Below, in pieces: positions 1 to 13,893 of a DNA stretch of 64,000 nt. Source of the stretch: Octopus vulgaris (lineage: Eukaryota); the NCBI GenBank assembly GCA_951406725.2, contig OX597826.1, forward strand, positions 55,676,001-55,740,000, read 5' to 3'. Position numbers and translations under genes: made by a program. The first letter of the stretch is position 1. Each line of letters begins with the position of its first letter. The notes under the pieces are model-generated. The model was not told the DNA's origin. It was given only the letters and a program-made list of their open reading frames with translations, and made no database searches.

Positions 1-420
1 TTCATACACACACATTCATGTACATACGTACATTAAATAGATACGTACGTAATTACAAGCATACATACATGCATACACAGACTCGTAGAGGACAATTATG
101 GGATGTTATTTTTTGACATTTAGGACATGAATTTAGATAAGTCTTCTTTTATTTCGTTTTCCATTTTTATTGTTAATAACATCAAAACACAAATCCTTTA
201 GTACCCCTTGTTACAAAATCTTCGTTTGCCAATGCCATTATTGCCCATATTTACATTCTTCGCCATTGTAATATTTATCACTTTGACAGAATTCCTACAG
301 TCTACGACAAAACAATATCCGCTTGTTTTTAACTTAGTTAAGTAGTTTGCCGTTCTTGTTCTAATATTAGCATCGCAGCCGAATATTACTCTCGCTCTTT
401 TGAGATAGAGATAAAATGCG

Positions 421-453
<33 letters not shown>

Positions 454-458
454 ATAAA

Positions 459-783
459 GGAGCACTCCGTCGGTTACGACGATGAGGGTCCCAGCTGATA
501 CGATCAACGGAACAGCCTGCTCATGAAATTAACGTGCAAGTGACTGAGCAATCCACAGACACGTGTACCACTAACGTAGTTCTCAGGGAGATTCAGCGTG
601 ACACAAAGTGTGACAAGGATGGCCCTTTGAAATACAGGTACAACTCATTTTTGCCAGCTGAGTGAACTGGAGCAACGTGAAATAAAGTGTCTTGCTCAAG
701 GATACAACGCGTCGCCGGGAATCGAACTCACGACCTTACAATCGTGAGCCGAATACCCTAACCACTAAACCACGCGCCTTCAC
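459..783 (-). mobile_element. tRNA-derived SINE, group A (tail type 1)
   Basis: Minus strand starts GTGAAGGCGCGTGGTTTAGTGGTTAGGG (A box) ... GAGTTCGATTCCCGG (B box), followed by the core TCCTTGAGCAAGACACTTTATTTCACGTTGCTCCAG. A full-length homolog lies at 22152-22471. Confidence 0.9.
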
Positions 784-969
784 TGTATGTATATATATGC
801 GTATGCGTGCCTGTGTGCGCGTGGTATCTATCTATATATCTATATCAATACACACACACACGCAGGTATGCACGTACGTACTCGCACACTCATGTATATA
901 CATGCATATAGACACACATGAATATGCATAGTCATTTACGTATATATGCATACATACATAGATACATAC

Positions 970-1058
970 AGTTAATCCAAACATGAAAGCACAAAAAAAA
1001 AACACAACAACGCGAGGACGTGGAACAAATATAGTATTATTGGACGCTCAGGAAAGAG
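970..1058 (-). mobile_element. Short 3' fragment related to the Penelope-like mini-element family P1
   Basis: Reverse complement TCCTGAGCGTCCAATAATAC...TTGTTGTG resembles TCCCGAGCGTTAAATTAATAC at 13758 and TTGAGCGCTATACTAATAC at 28032. Confidence 0.5.
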
Positions 1059-1142
1059 CAAAATGTAAAGATTCTCTAACAAGATTAAAAATTTGCCTTT
1101 GTACCTTTAATTATTGCTCTAAATAGGTATCTTCTTTTCTAT

Positions 1143-1547
1143 TCTAGGCACAAAGCCCGAAATTTTGGGGAAGTGGCCATCTATTAGATCGCCCTCAGTA
1201 TGCAAATGGTACTTAATCTAGCAATCCCGAATGGATAAAAGGCAAAGTAGACCTCGGCGAAATTTGAACTCAGAACACAAAGACAGACGGAATACAGCTA
1301 AGCATTTCACCCGGTAGGCTAACGTTATAGCCAGCTCGCCGCCTTATGTATTCTTTCCTACAAGGCCTAAGATTTTGGGGCAGTGGCCATCGATTAGATC
1401 GACCTCAGTACGCAAATGGTACTTAATTTATCGATCCCGAAAGGATGAAAGGCAAAGTCGACCTCGGCAAAATTTCAACTCAGAACGAAAAGACAGACGA
1501 AATACCGCTAAGCAGATCGCCCGGCGTGCTTAACTTTTCTGCCGCCT
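1143..1547 (-). mobile_element. Two tandem copies of SINE group C (Deu/Nin-like central domain)
   Basis: Copies at 1143-1346 and 1358-1547. Minus strand reads GGCGGCGAGCTGGC...TTCTGAGTTCAAATTTCGCCGAGGTC(G/T)ACTTTGCCTTT(C/T)ATCC.TTCGGGAT. The GCCTTTCATCCTTTCGGGGTCGATAAATTAAGTACCAG family motif resembles the Deu/Nin SINE domain. Confidence 0.9.
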
Positions 1548-1917
1548 TTCTACATAGGTATGTTGCGAAATGTTTAAAAGAGATAACCTTGGATCAGCAG
1601 TGATTTAATAAAAAGGAAGTCGCCAGCTAAAACACAATTCGCAAATGTAATATGTAACCAGAAAAGAAAAATTTGGTTAGAATTTTGCAAAATTCAATGT
1701 GGAGCACTTCATCATTTTGTTGTCTAAATTCAAGAAAGAGAACCTTTTGTTCCTTTGTTAGAAAGAAGTGGTTTCTTTCTATAGAGGATGACTTCAAATA
1801 ATATAAAAAGAAAAGTAACAACACATGCGTGTATCCATGTCGACATACGGAAATGTAAAAATAGATAAATATATTCAAAAATTATACACACATACATGGA
1901 TGGAGGCTATTATATGT

Positions 1918-1949
<32 letters not shown>

Positions 1950-2694
1950 TTTCTCTTTCTCTATGTCTTTCTTTTCACTCTCTCTCTCTTTCACACACAG
2001 AGACAGAGAAAGAAAGAGAAAGCGGATACATATATATCCGCTTCAAATATTTATATACATATGGATATATATATATATATATGGTGTAATACATACACAA
2101 AGACATATGTCTAGATGCAGATTGTAAAAATATATGCATGCGTAACATATATATATATATATATATATATATGCGGAAACATATATATTTGTATGTAAGT
2201 ATGTATGTATATATGTATGTATAGATGGATGAATGGATTTATATTAGTATGTAGATATGTCAACATTTCAGAAGTAACTAAAAGAAACTTCATTTTAAGA
2301 TCATCTTAAAATAGCATTATTATTTTTTCTTCCTATCTTCTGAAATGAAAGAATAAATACTTCCTACATTTGCGGTCTATTCAACAAATGCTGGCATTGT
2401 GCATACCTCACAGAACTGTTGTCCAATGGCAAACATCCAAAGATTTCCTGAGTTTCTTTTATTTTGAAATTATTTTGGCTTTTTTTTTAAAATTTTATTT
2501 TCATTTTATTTTATGTTTTTTGTTCCTCAAATATCTTTTATTCCATTCTTTTCCATTGTTATCACTGAACTTGTTATTGCCAAATCAACTCACTCTGAAA
2601 TAAAAGAATATTCTGATCACAAGATCACATAAGCACACACGGTCACATATACATACATACATACATACAGATACATGAATAAATATATACATAA

Positions 2695-2744
<50 letters not shown>

Positions 2745-2928
2745 CACATATATATGCATGTGTATATATATATATATAGTTTTCTGCGTATGCTAGTGTA
2801 TGTGTGTCTCTGATGATCACGTTCGTAGAGAGAAACAAAGATAGAATGAAAATTATAACAAAAAATCCAGTATATTGTATGATAGTATAACTATATATTT
2901 ATATAATACACACATAATTTGAAAGTAT

Positions 2929-2984
<56 letters not shown>

Positions 2985-3252
2985 GAATAAAATCGAAGAC
3001 TACATCCTAAGGTTTCGGTACCAATTTATTCCCAATTTTTGCCTCCAGAATCTTGAGATACATTCACGAAATTTTATTCTTTAGGACGCCTATGTGCGTA
3101 TACATAACATACACACGATCACGCGCTTTATAAAGGATACCTCCTGAGGTTTATTTTCCCTAAGCCATACTACTGATATAATGAGTGTCAGTATGTGACC
3201 ATTATTTCTATACTTACTTACAGATAACGATATATATGAATATATAAGTTTG

Positions 3253-3350
<98 letters not shown>

Positions 3351-3917
3351 CAGGTAGGACTACAATGTGCTCTTTCGAAGTGAATTTGATATATTTTAGC
3401 TTTTACCAATTGGCTTAGTCATTAAATCTACCCCGAAAACATGTCCTTTTATATTTATTTTACTTTTCTGTATTTGATCTTTTTCAAATTATCTCCCTTG
3501 CTTGTTCTTTTCAGGTTCTAAACATCCAGACCAGAAATCTATTTATTGTTACTGCACTGACAATCTCTGTTAATCAATTTTTTACCCCAACTTTGTATAT
3601 GTTGCGTAATACAAGCGATCTTACAGCCCTTTTTGTATGGGACCCAGAGCAACATCAGAAATGTGACAACCGCTGGAGAACAAAAGGCCTGGTGCAATTG
3701 CAGGCTGGTAATAATTCTCAAAGAACTAGATTGAATCTGTATGAGATAATGTGGTTTACTCAGAAAGAAAGTACGCTCGCATGAGCTTATGTTCACGAGT
3801 CTAACCACGTGGCTATGGGCATTTAAACTGCCATGTTAATACTTGTATGTAAAACCAAGGTGTGTTTTCTACGTAGATACACTCTATTGAATAATAGGAA
3901 AACCCGAAACATGTCGA

Positions 3918-5111
3918 CAGCGATGTGAAAGCTAGAGAAAGTTTGCATCAGCACTAGATTAAGCTAACTGTAGAAATGCGAAATGAAGAGTCTTGGCCCA
4001 TGGTCACAACACCGCCTCGGCTTAAGAAACGAATCCATGAACTATTGTTTCCCAACATATATGAGATAATTCCAAAATGTGGATGAATATATTCGTATGC
4101 TTCATTTCACAATGAAGCCGTGTTGTTTGGTGATTCGAGTATTCGTGATTTCTGGTGATTCAGTTGTTAAGTCGAGAGTTTCGATTCTTTAACCGGAACT
4201 TGATCTCACCTTGTTCCAAAATACACAACCAAATCCGAGTATCTGTAACACATGGGAGTCAATATTGCAATGTGCTAGCATTCCTTCCAGGTAGGAATCT
4301 TGTACTTTCAGCCTACTAAAAAGCTTGAACATCTAGTCATAACCAGGCCTTATGTGGTTGTCGGACCGAAATAAATTTTAGTCATTACGTTATGATTGTA
4401 AAAGAGAGAGCCCTGTTGTGTTAAAGAATGGTCCATAAGATCTACACGTTCCAATGTAAATCAAAAAATTCAATTTCCAAGAGCGAAAGAACGAGAAAAA
4501 GTTGTTGGCTTAGTTATTAACAAGGTTCAGCTGTTGGTCGAATGGAAAACAACTGGTAAGTAGAGAGATCCTTTATCAAAACAATTAATCCTTAAAATTA
4601 CAGCTGCAGGACAAATCAGCTTGTCACTGAACATCTCCAGTAATTAATTATTCGACCCTTGTAGAAATTAAACATAAGTGAATTTTGTTTAAATTTCTCC
4701 GCGTTGGGTTATTCTACTCTGTAATACTTCTGAGGCACACGTTTTTGTTCGACTATGCAAGGTGGAGAGTTCATATTAAATTGTCTTAAACTCAACGCTC
4801 CGTCATTGAGAAAATACGAAGTGTTGACCAGTGGAGCGGCGAACAGACAGCGCGTGCATTCATCCAATGTGGACTAATGTGGCACTGAGTCAAGAACAGT
4901 GACAGGAAATGTTCATCAACGCAAATAATTAATCAAAGTCATAATTGAAATATATCTACAAAAGTAATTAAGAAGTTATACAAAACACACTCAAATACAA
5001 ATAGCTATATACACTCACACACACATACACTTACGCATGCACACACATATGCATAAATATATGTATGTATGTATGCATGCATGCATGTATGTATGTATGT
5101 ATGTATGTATG

Positions 5112-5142
<31 letters not shown>

Positions 5143-6380
5143 TATTGAATATACTTATATTTGTGGGTGTGTCAGTGAGTGAGTGCAAGATATCAATTGT
5201 TTAAGAACTTTGCAAATTCACTTTAATTATCACTTGATAGATACAATATACATAATATACATATACATAACGTATGCATGTATGTATATGCATTATACAC
5301 ACACAGATATATACACAGGTGTATATATATTTATGTATATATGTATATAAATATATAGATATATAGGTATAAATAGATAAATAGATAGGTACATAATATA
5401 TATTGTGTAAATGTAATTTAAGTGCGCATACTTACATACATAAATACATATATACATAGATGCACACATATGTGTGTGTATGTAAGTATGTATATGTATA
5501 TATATATATATGTTTGTGTGTGTATGGGGGTTTGTGAGTCTGTGTATAAATGTAAATGTAAGTATATATATATGTATATATGCGTATGTGTGTGTGTCGA
5601 CAACAACGATACTTGTGACACACTTAAAATAATGAATGAACTCGAGTAGCTAATTACATTGTCGAATCAAAGACAACAAACTAATTCCAATTTGGTGTTG
5701 ATGAATATTGGGAGGTCAAACCAGGCTAATCATTTTGAAATGTCTTACCAATAATGAGTTGGAACGTCTAAGATAAAGGATTGCCATCAAATCCTAGATA
5801 GATCTTATTTACTGTGTTTTGAAACATGGCCACATTTGTAGGGAAACCTCTATGTGGTCTTACGTGCTGTCCGAAATAGCAGCAAACCTTTATAAATTTA
5901 CTTCATTCCGTTCTAATGAAAATATAAAAGACGCAATGGCTTGTTTTAGTCTTAGATACATGATGGCCGAAGGATGGTTAGCAAGGCTGAAGTAGAGTTG
6001 TCTTTGATCACAGTTCTGCTCAGATGAGGCTAACATCAGCTTTAAAACAACAATTTTAGGTTAAACACATTTGACTCATTACCCTACTTGCTAGAAATAA
6101 CAATTAAATACCTGGACTCAATCATACTTTATTGTCTGAAAACGTTCCATCAATTTACACGTAGTTATGAAATGTCTAAAATAGAATATGCTGTATGGTC
6201 ATGGATGGATCGTTGACTAGACGTTGACTACACATTAAACGATGGCTTGATCCTAAGTTCATGGATTCGTTTCTTAAGCCGAGGCGGTGTTGTGACCATG
6301 GGCCAAGACTCTTCATTTCGCATTTCTACAGTTAGCTTAATCTAGTGCTGATGCAACTGTCTCTAGCTATCACATCGCTG
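3918..6380. repeat. Long-range inverted repeat: arms 3918-4043 and 6256-6380
   Basis: 3943-4043 is the exact reverse complement of 6256-6356. The outer ~25 nt match with about 2 substitutions and a 1-nt indel. No other copy seen in the window. Confidence 0.95.
5850..6255 (+). mobile_element. Old, degenerate interspersed repeat (two adjacent copies)
   Basis: A motif like CTGCTAGAAATAGCAGCCAAA recurs in degenerate form at ~5870, ~6088, ~7915, ~36175 and, reversed, at ~43110 and ~44738. Confidence 0.5.
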
Positions 6381-8457
6381 ATGTTCTGCTGTTTTATGGG
6401 CGGTTTGTTTCATTTCTATGGAGGAAAACAATGCAGGTTAATAACGAATCTATTTCTTTCTCAATAGGTTCTAACAGATGCCAGCGCGAATATCCGATCG
6501 CACTTCTTTTCTATAATCGGTAACTGATCGATGTCAGTAACCCTAATTTACAATCATCATCATCATCATCATCATCATCCACATCATCTTCTTCTATACT
6601 AAGTGCTTACGAGACAAATTCGGGAAAGAAAAACAAGACTGGCTTCAGGACTCTAAGATGTGAGTTCCCTCGAAATTCGAGAGGACTGTGAGACATAGTT
6701 TTAGGAAGAGGTGCAGAAGACAACCAGATTCTGGGCCGGCAGAGAGCCACGATAGAGAACTTTCTTGGCTTTCCAGAATCTGTCTCGGTAAATAGTTATT
6801 GGATCCTTCTCTGCTTCTGAAATCTGGAGGTTACAGGTCACTCGTTGACTTAGCGGGCTCTGGATCAACATGCCACCTAAACATAGCTTTTTATAGGCAG
6901 TGTTTACGTTTCTTTTCTTTCTTTTCAAGTTTTAAAATATTCTGTAAAGTATCTATAGTCACATGGGTTTCGATGAATTAAACCAGTGCATTTTAAACAA
7001 ACTTTTTTTATTTCAACCAAAGAAAACCAATGAAACCGCCGCTTATCAGTCATATGATAAAAAAACAAACTTTGTCCTTTCCAAAGGCTGTACAACGCAC
7101 TCAGCCAAACAGAAGATTTTCTTTCTCCAATTTACGCCCGTCTTCGCCCGTAAAGATTTTGGAGTTATAAATGCTAAGGAAAGGTTTTGGCGCCGAAGCA
7201 GTACAAGTTTTCTATCATGATTTAGCCCCCAGGGGCTGAATGTATTAATTTAGATATTTTATTGCCTCCGTTTTCACTCTAGGGGTTCTTGCTCAATCAA
7301 TTTGTATATTTACCACGCTAATGGTTCTTTTTTCCAGGCAAACTTTGAGAGCACCTCATATTCTTCCCCATACTTATTGCCCATTAATATAGTTGTAATA
7401 ATACATATTGACCTCTTTATCCATTTTCTTTAGGCAATATGATGAATAGGTCTTTTAAGAGTAATTATCCCTACCCGGCGCTTGAGATCTCTAGTTTATG
7501 CCTCCAGCCGGAGTGCTTAGCCTAACGTGTTTGAAAACCTTAGTCTGTGCCTGGACAACACAATTAACTTAAGACCAGAGGGTTTGTTTGCTCTTCCTGA
7601 TCCAAAAGCTGTAAAACAAACATCTCACCATCGTGGATGCAACTATACAAAAAAGATCTGTAGATTCAAAAGCAAGATAATTCTAGGTCGTAAATTGATG
7701 TGCTAAAAATAGTAGCCGAATTTGTATTAAAGTATATACTTACGGTTTTCAATATCATAGCTAAGACCACATCTGATAACGTAATATTAGTTTGATGACT
7801 GGTCGTGACTGGAACGCTTGCTGAATCAAGGCTAAAATGCTTGTCTAAAAAACAACAACGACGACTGTCACGTTGATGAAGCAACGAGAGATCCTCTGTG
7901 TGGTAGCTCGACCTGCCTGAAATAGTAGTCAAATGTTTCTCAAATCAAGTTCAACTAACTGTCCTAAAAACATCATGTTTTGATAAAAGACGAAATAGTC
8001 ATATCCGGAATATATTCGATCAGGGACTCGCTCAATCAGGACTAATTTAGGGACACACAACTACAAAATCGACCATTTTGATGATTAGCTAAGTCTATGA
8101 AGAGCTTCGAGTAACTTCAGAGAACTCCTTGAAATTATAATTTTGTCTATTCATGATAACGTTACAAAATGTATGGAATAAAACTTTCCTCTTTCTCTAC
8201 CGCAGTCAATTTCTCTCCCTCTCTCTGTGTTCTCTCTACGTACATTCATACGCATACTAAGACACAGGCGCATATGTGTTTGTTTGTAAGAATATATGTA
8301 TGTACGTACGTACTTATGTACGTAGGTACGTACGTATGTATGTATGTCTTTATTTCATAAACTAACCGATAAATCCTATTACTAAACTTGATTCAATGAT
8401 TAAGCACAAGAACTGATTTATTTCTACAATTTTCTTCGCCGAAGCAATTCAGTGAAA

Positions 8458-8533
<76 letters not shown>

Positions 8534-8980
8534 GAAAAATAAGGTAAAAAGGAACAACTGAACTGTGATTTCTCACCCATGTTTAATTACATACAATATA
8601 TTGAACGATAAGTTTTATCCATTAATAGCTAACCAGAGGTCAGTTGGGATAAAAGGTCAACAGTTGAAGATATCATATAGTTAGCTGATGTGGATGGATA
8701 TTTTCTAAAGAAAGAAAGATTAAGAATAAGAACAGTTATAGTGAGTTCTTTTGATATGCTTGCTAGCTGAAAATTACCAGGCTATAAATTACTGCAAGCA
8801 CACCGACAAATAGACAAGCAGTTCATTAAATAAAAATTATCTTCGAGCTTAAATGTCTGAAGCCAAGTTTTCCATTAACCTAGAAGATTTACTTCCAATT
8901 TTCCCACGACTCTTAGATAATATCTCCGAATTGGAGGACGGGTTTTGTTTTACCATATTTGCCACACACACCGAACATAT

Positions 8981-9087
<107 letters not shown>

Positions 9088-10329
9088 AGATGCAAAAATA
9101 GGGAAACTAAGACCCGTGGTCAATCAAGTAAAAGTGATAAAGGACCGTAAAGGAAATGTAGAAATTCATACGATATTTTCGTGTTGATTTAAATTAGTGT
9201 TTGGCGTCAGAAGGATAATGTGCTATTACGGTCTAAGATGAAATTACGTAATATAGTACAAAGAACCCTTCGGTGGACAAACGTACATATATACAAGCAT
9301 ATATATATTTATGAGTTTACAGAAACCTACAGGATCTTAATTTTTAATGGGTGAAGGATTCACCACTGATAAAGGAAAGAATAAAACCCAGTTGTTTTTT
9401 ATTATTTTTTTATTTACTTAGATAATTATCCTTTGTAAGTTTGCCACCGAACAAATGAACGGCTAATCAGCAAGACACAACAAACATAGCATATGTTTAT
9501 GTGTGTGTGTGTGTGTGTGTGTGTTCACATAGCCATGCCAGACGTAATGATCTGAGATGGGGAAAAGAAATTATGCACAGCGTTATAAATCAGTTGTCCA
9601 GCAGACGTTAAGATAATATTAACGATAACAGAAAAACAAAATATCTGTGGAAAACTAATGAGAAATCTGCAGATATTAAACCCAGACAATAGACTTTCGA
9701 TTTGTTCCTTTGATTATTATTACGCTTGGTTATATAATTAACGCCTTCAACACCAATTTACTCATATTTTCTTGTAATCGCGTCGGTGATCACTCAGGAT
9801 GTGTTGAATCAACTCCAGTCAATGAGTCCACCATATCCCAAACAGAAACCGACCACGCATCGCAAATACAGACGTCTGCAGCGAAAATCGTTAAACGATG
9901 CACACCATACACGCGAGGACCAGATGTCGATTCGAATTAGACTTCATTGCATTAATACATTTGCATCTGTTTTCTTTACCATTCAAGTTACATCGAGCAA
10001 GATTGTTGTTACGATTGCATTGCGGGTGAGTTCGTCCTGTTGATGACAGAGAGCGTGACCAAAATCAAAGGCGGCATCTTTTGAGCCAAGGTTTTTAAAT
10101 GGAATGACCTGACCGTGAAAACTCCGAATCATGTAAACAGGCGCACATACGTTCTCCCTTACACCATTTGTTTATTTTTCTGCCTCTCACTCTCTCTCTT
10201 TCTCTCTCTCTCAGAAGTATTATCTCATAGATTAATTTACTGGTCCAAAATCTATGGAAGGTAGTTGACACAAATTACAGGCCATTAAGCTGATGATCGC
10301 GTGTTTGAGTTCTCAACTTCTGATGTAGG

Positions 10330-10800
10330 CGTAAAAGGAAACGACATGACATGCTCTGCGCCAGTCTTCTCTGTTTCGCGTGTTGTGTGTCAGAGTTCGA
10401 GTATCTGCTAATTATTTACTTGTCCATTCTTAGACACTGTCAGTCCACCGCTAATTCTCTCCCCACCACCAGTCCTTGAACACTCATTTTCGCAAGTCCA
10501 TTGAATTGCTACACTGATGTAATACTATCTCAGCTGTTTCCCACTTTGCCGCTGCGTGAAGGCATTCATTGTAGGTAATGAGTTGTTGAATGGTTTAAAG
10601 TGCAAGTTCATTTATAAAGTGGTCCAAGTATGAAAACCCTTTGATATTGCAGTAACAAGCAGTCTAATCTTTCTTCCATTGTGATGCCATACATCTCTTT
10701 ACGGATTTCGGATTGTGATCCTTGGTCATTATTACACCCTCTCTCACCCAGATATTTTAACTGCTGAACAATCTCTAGTTCCTCTCCTTATTTGATGATA
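10330..10800 (-). mobile_element. Highly degenerate RTE-like LINE 3' fragment
   Basis: Minus-strand translation gives fragments such as QG..GRRI.RWTD.V.EWT, like an RTE ORF C-terminus, with many disruptions. Confidence 0.4.
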
Positions 10801-10873
10801 TCTTCTGTAATAAAGCTGTTGGCTTTTAAGTTTCAGTTTTACAGCACTGATTGCCTCCCTATATAAAATAAAA

Positions 10874-11116
10874 CAGTGATTCTCAAACATATTTTGACAA
10901 TAGACCGTTTTGAATCATATCTTACTCTGCTGGAACTCATTAGCTATTCGAGAATTATTTAAAAAATAATATTGTACTTTTATACTAACTACTATTAGGA
11001 ATTGAAAAAAAAATTGTTGAAATGTTTTGTGTATCTTAGAAATATAACCATTCTGTTGCAGATAAGTATCACCAACAAAAACTTATATGGACCTCGAAAG
11101 GTCAAAGGAACCACTG
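10874..11116. mobile_element. hAT-like MITE
   Basis: Starts CAGTGATTCTCAAAC and ends GAACCACTG (short imperfect TIR). The 8-bp flanks AAATAAAA and AAATAAAG are consistent with a hAT-type TSD. Confidence 0.6.
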
Positions 11117-11477
11117 AAATAAAGTTTATTTAAAAATCTGTAACTGATGTTAATCACTTTATCCTCTGAAATTTGTGATACCCATGCACCTCTCATGCTA
11201 GATATTCCTGTGAGATGGTCAAGAGCATTGTTCATGGGCCGCTCCATAAAGATGCTTAAGAGTGGCGAAGCAGAAGCAGCATTGATGGATTCCAACGGTA
11301 GTATGCAGCAAACCCGGGACTGTGGTTTCATCAACGTCTTCATTGCTTATTTTACAGAGAAGATTTTAGTGTTCTTACCTACTCCATCAGGATGGTATTT
11401 AACTGATGTGAGTGAGGGAAGGGACACATCTGTAAGAAAAAGAGTACGTGGTGAAACTAATTTGAACAAAATTAGGA

Positions 11478-11972
11478 TACTCTTTTACTCTTTTACTTGT
11501 TTCAGTCATTTGACTGCGGCCATGCTGGAGCACCGCCTTTAGTCGAGCAAATCGACCCCAGGACTTATTCTTTGGAAGCCTAGTACTTATTCTATCAGTT
11601 CCTTTTACCGAACCGCTAGGTGACGTAAACACACCAACAACCGGTTGTCAAGCGACGTTGGGGGGGACAAACACAGACACACAAACATATACACACATAC
11701 ATACATACATACATACATACATACATACATACATACATACATACATACATACACACACACATATATATATATATGCATATATACGACGGGCTTCTTTCCG
11801 TTTCCATCTACCAAATCCACTCACAAGGCTTTGGTCGGCCCGAGGCTATAGTAGAAGACACTTGCCCAAGGTACCACGCAGTGGGAATGAACCCGGATCC
11901 ATGTGGCTGTTAAGCAAGCTACTTACCACACAGCCAGTCCTGCGCCTATACCACACAGCCATTCCTGCGCCC
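11478..11972 (-). mobile_element. tRNA-derived SINE group B (CORE-like domain, internal microsatellite), with the 5' ~25 nt duplicated
   Basis: Minus strand GGCGCAGGACTGGCTGTGTGGTAAG...GGGTTCATTCCC...CCTTGGGCAAGTGTCTTC, internal (TACA)n and a (GTAAAAGA)n-like tail. Homologs at 16007, 26981, 52314 and 61830. Confidence 0.9.
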
Positions 11973-12187
11973 ATACGATATCCAACAAAACACGGTTGTC
12001 TGCGTTAGAATTATAAGCGGGGAAAATTAGGCACAAACGTTGACTATACATATAAAAAACGGGACAGATGGAAGATATTCCGCATCAGCTGTTCTACGTT
12101 AAACATTTTCTAGCCTTAAGAACAGTTCTGACCTTCATAAATGTAGTGAAATTATAACCAATTGTTGCTCGCAACATATGATATAAT

Positions 12188-12636
12188 GGTTTCAAGTTTT
12201 GGCACAAGCCAGCATTTTCCGAGGGGAGGTTAAGTCGATTACATTGACTCAAGTGCTCAACTGGTACATGTTTTATCGATCTCGAACGGATGAAATACAT
12301 ATTCGACCCCGGCGGAATTTGAACTCAGAATGTAAAGACGGATGAAATGCCGCTATGCATTTTACCCAGTGTCCTGACGGTTCTGACCGTTCGTCGCCTT
12401 CAGATGATTGACATATTGATTTCAAGTTTTGGCACAAGGTCAGGAAGTTCGTTCGGTGAGGGTGTAAGTCGATTACATCGACCCAAGTGCTCAAATGGTA
12501 CTTATTTTATCGATTGCGAAGGGATGAAAGACAAAATCGACCTCGGCGGAATTTGAACTCAGAATGTAAAGAACGGACGAGATGCTGATAAGCATTTTGC
12601 CCGGCGTGCTAACAGTTCTGCCAGCTCGCTGCCTTT
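12188..12636 (-). mobile_element. Two tandem SINE group C copies
   Basis: 12188-12400 and 12420-12636, each with GGCGGAATTTGAACTCAGAATGTAAAG and the TTTCAAGTTTTGGCACAAG tail. Confidence 0.9.
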
Positions 12637-13619
12637 AAATGACTGACATATTAACAAGCAGAATGCAATCCGTTTGACCAGAGACACATAGGTAACATCT
12701 CAACTAGAAATTTAAACACATTGTCACGGAACGTAGGATAATAATTATATACCTAATTAACGAGTAAGAATTGCAAATAAGTATTGTATCACAATGCTGC
12801 CATATTATTCTGTACACCAGTTGAAGATATTCCTCAAATCCTCAGCGGCTCCCTCACTCTCTCCGAAATTCGACTTTCATGTCAAGCATGGAATTAGAGT
12901 ACAAAACTCCTTACATGCAGCGATCCCTTGAAATATTGGAAACAGCAAGTAAATAATTAAATTCTTGCGCAATGTTCAAACAGCGTATTGTATATGGAAA
13001 TATTTTTGGCAATACAGATATTAAGTTTATATTCACTTTGAACCAAAATAAATTGAACCATTTCAAAGTCGAAGATGTATTACATACATTAGATTAAAGA
13101 TGACAGCGTTGAAATATAGGACCAAGCTTTACAATATCTCAAAGGTTTGTCGACTCATTATTCCAGTTTGATTTTACATTTACTTACATCGCAGTTTATG
13201 AGATAACAACGGAAAGTCAAAATGGCCAACGAGATACTGTCAGGGTTGACGCTAAGAGCTATCATTTACATAGAATTATTACATATATCAAGACAGAATA
13301 TATTTTGTCATGCAGAATTAAACTTATTATCTGCATTGAATGTTTCGTAATTATTTTCGCTTATTTGTTATCGGAATTACAGGATTTGGTGAGCAAACCT
13401 GATATTTACCGTTTATTTTCAACCAAAGGAAAGATAATATAACTCTGTCGTATCGAATGTGATAAAAGCAAGTAAATGCATTTGAAATCACGATAGTTTT
13501 CTTGTCAGACACAAAGGCTCACTCGCACATGCATCAGACATACTATCAACTATCCTTCTCTTCTCTCTCCCTTTTCCACTGTATATATATATATATACCT
13601 CCCCTTTTCCGAGCTCTCC

Positions 13620-13833
13620 TGTCTAACTACTGCTGTCCAGCCAGCCGCCATAATTGACCGCTAGCTCGAAAAGTTTTATTATTCTCTCTATGCTTATTTC
13701 CTCGTGTTTCGTTGTGTTGAAGAGCGTAGGCTCGAAACGTAAAAGATTTTCTCGCCTTCCCGAGCGTTAAATTAATACACCTGTTTGTTGTTATACACAT
13801 GCCCTCGTCTTTTGTTTTTCTGTAAATTTCAAC

Positions 13834-13836
<3 letters not shown>
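13620..13836 (+). mobile_element. Penelope-like mini-element family P1 with hammerhead-like motif
   Basis: Flanked by (TA)n. Contains TGTTGAAGAG-CGTAGG-CTC-GAAAC-GTA-AAAGA. Homologous to 27857-28110. Confidence 0.6.

Positions 13837-13893
<57 letters not shown>

Noticed and set aside
3918-6380. DNA transposon defined by the 125-bp arms as TIRs
   Set aside because: No TSD at the outer ends (CATGTCGA vs ATGTTCTG) and no transposase remnant recognised inside.
6900-7248. piggyBac-like MITE ending GGGGCTGAATGTATTAA
   Set aside because: Only one TIR-like end with TTAA was found; no matching left end.
11083-11460. GC-richer block with ORFs on both strands
   Set aside because: No recognisable domain or paired splice sites; the + ORF runs into a SINE.
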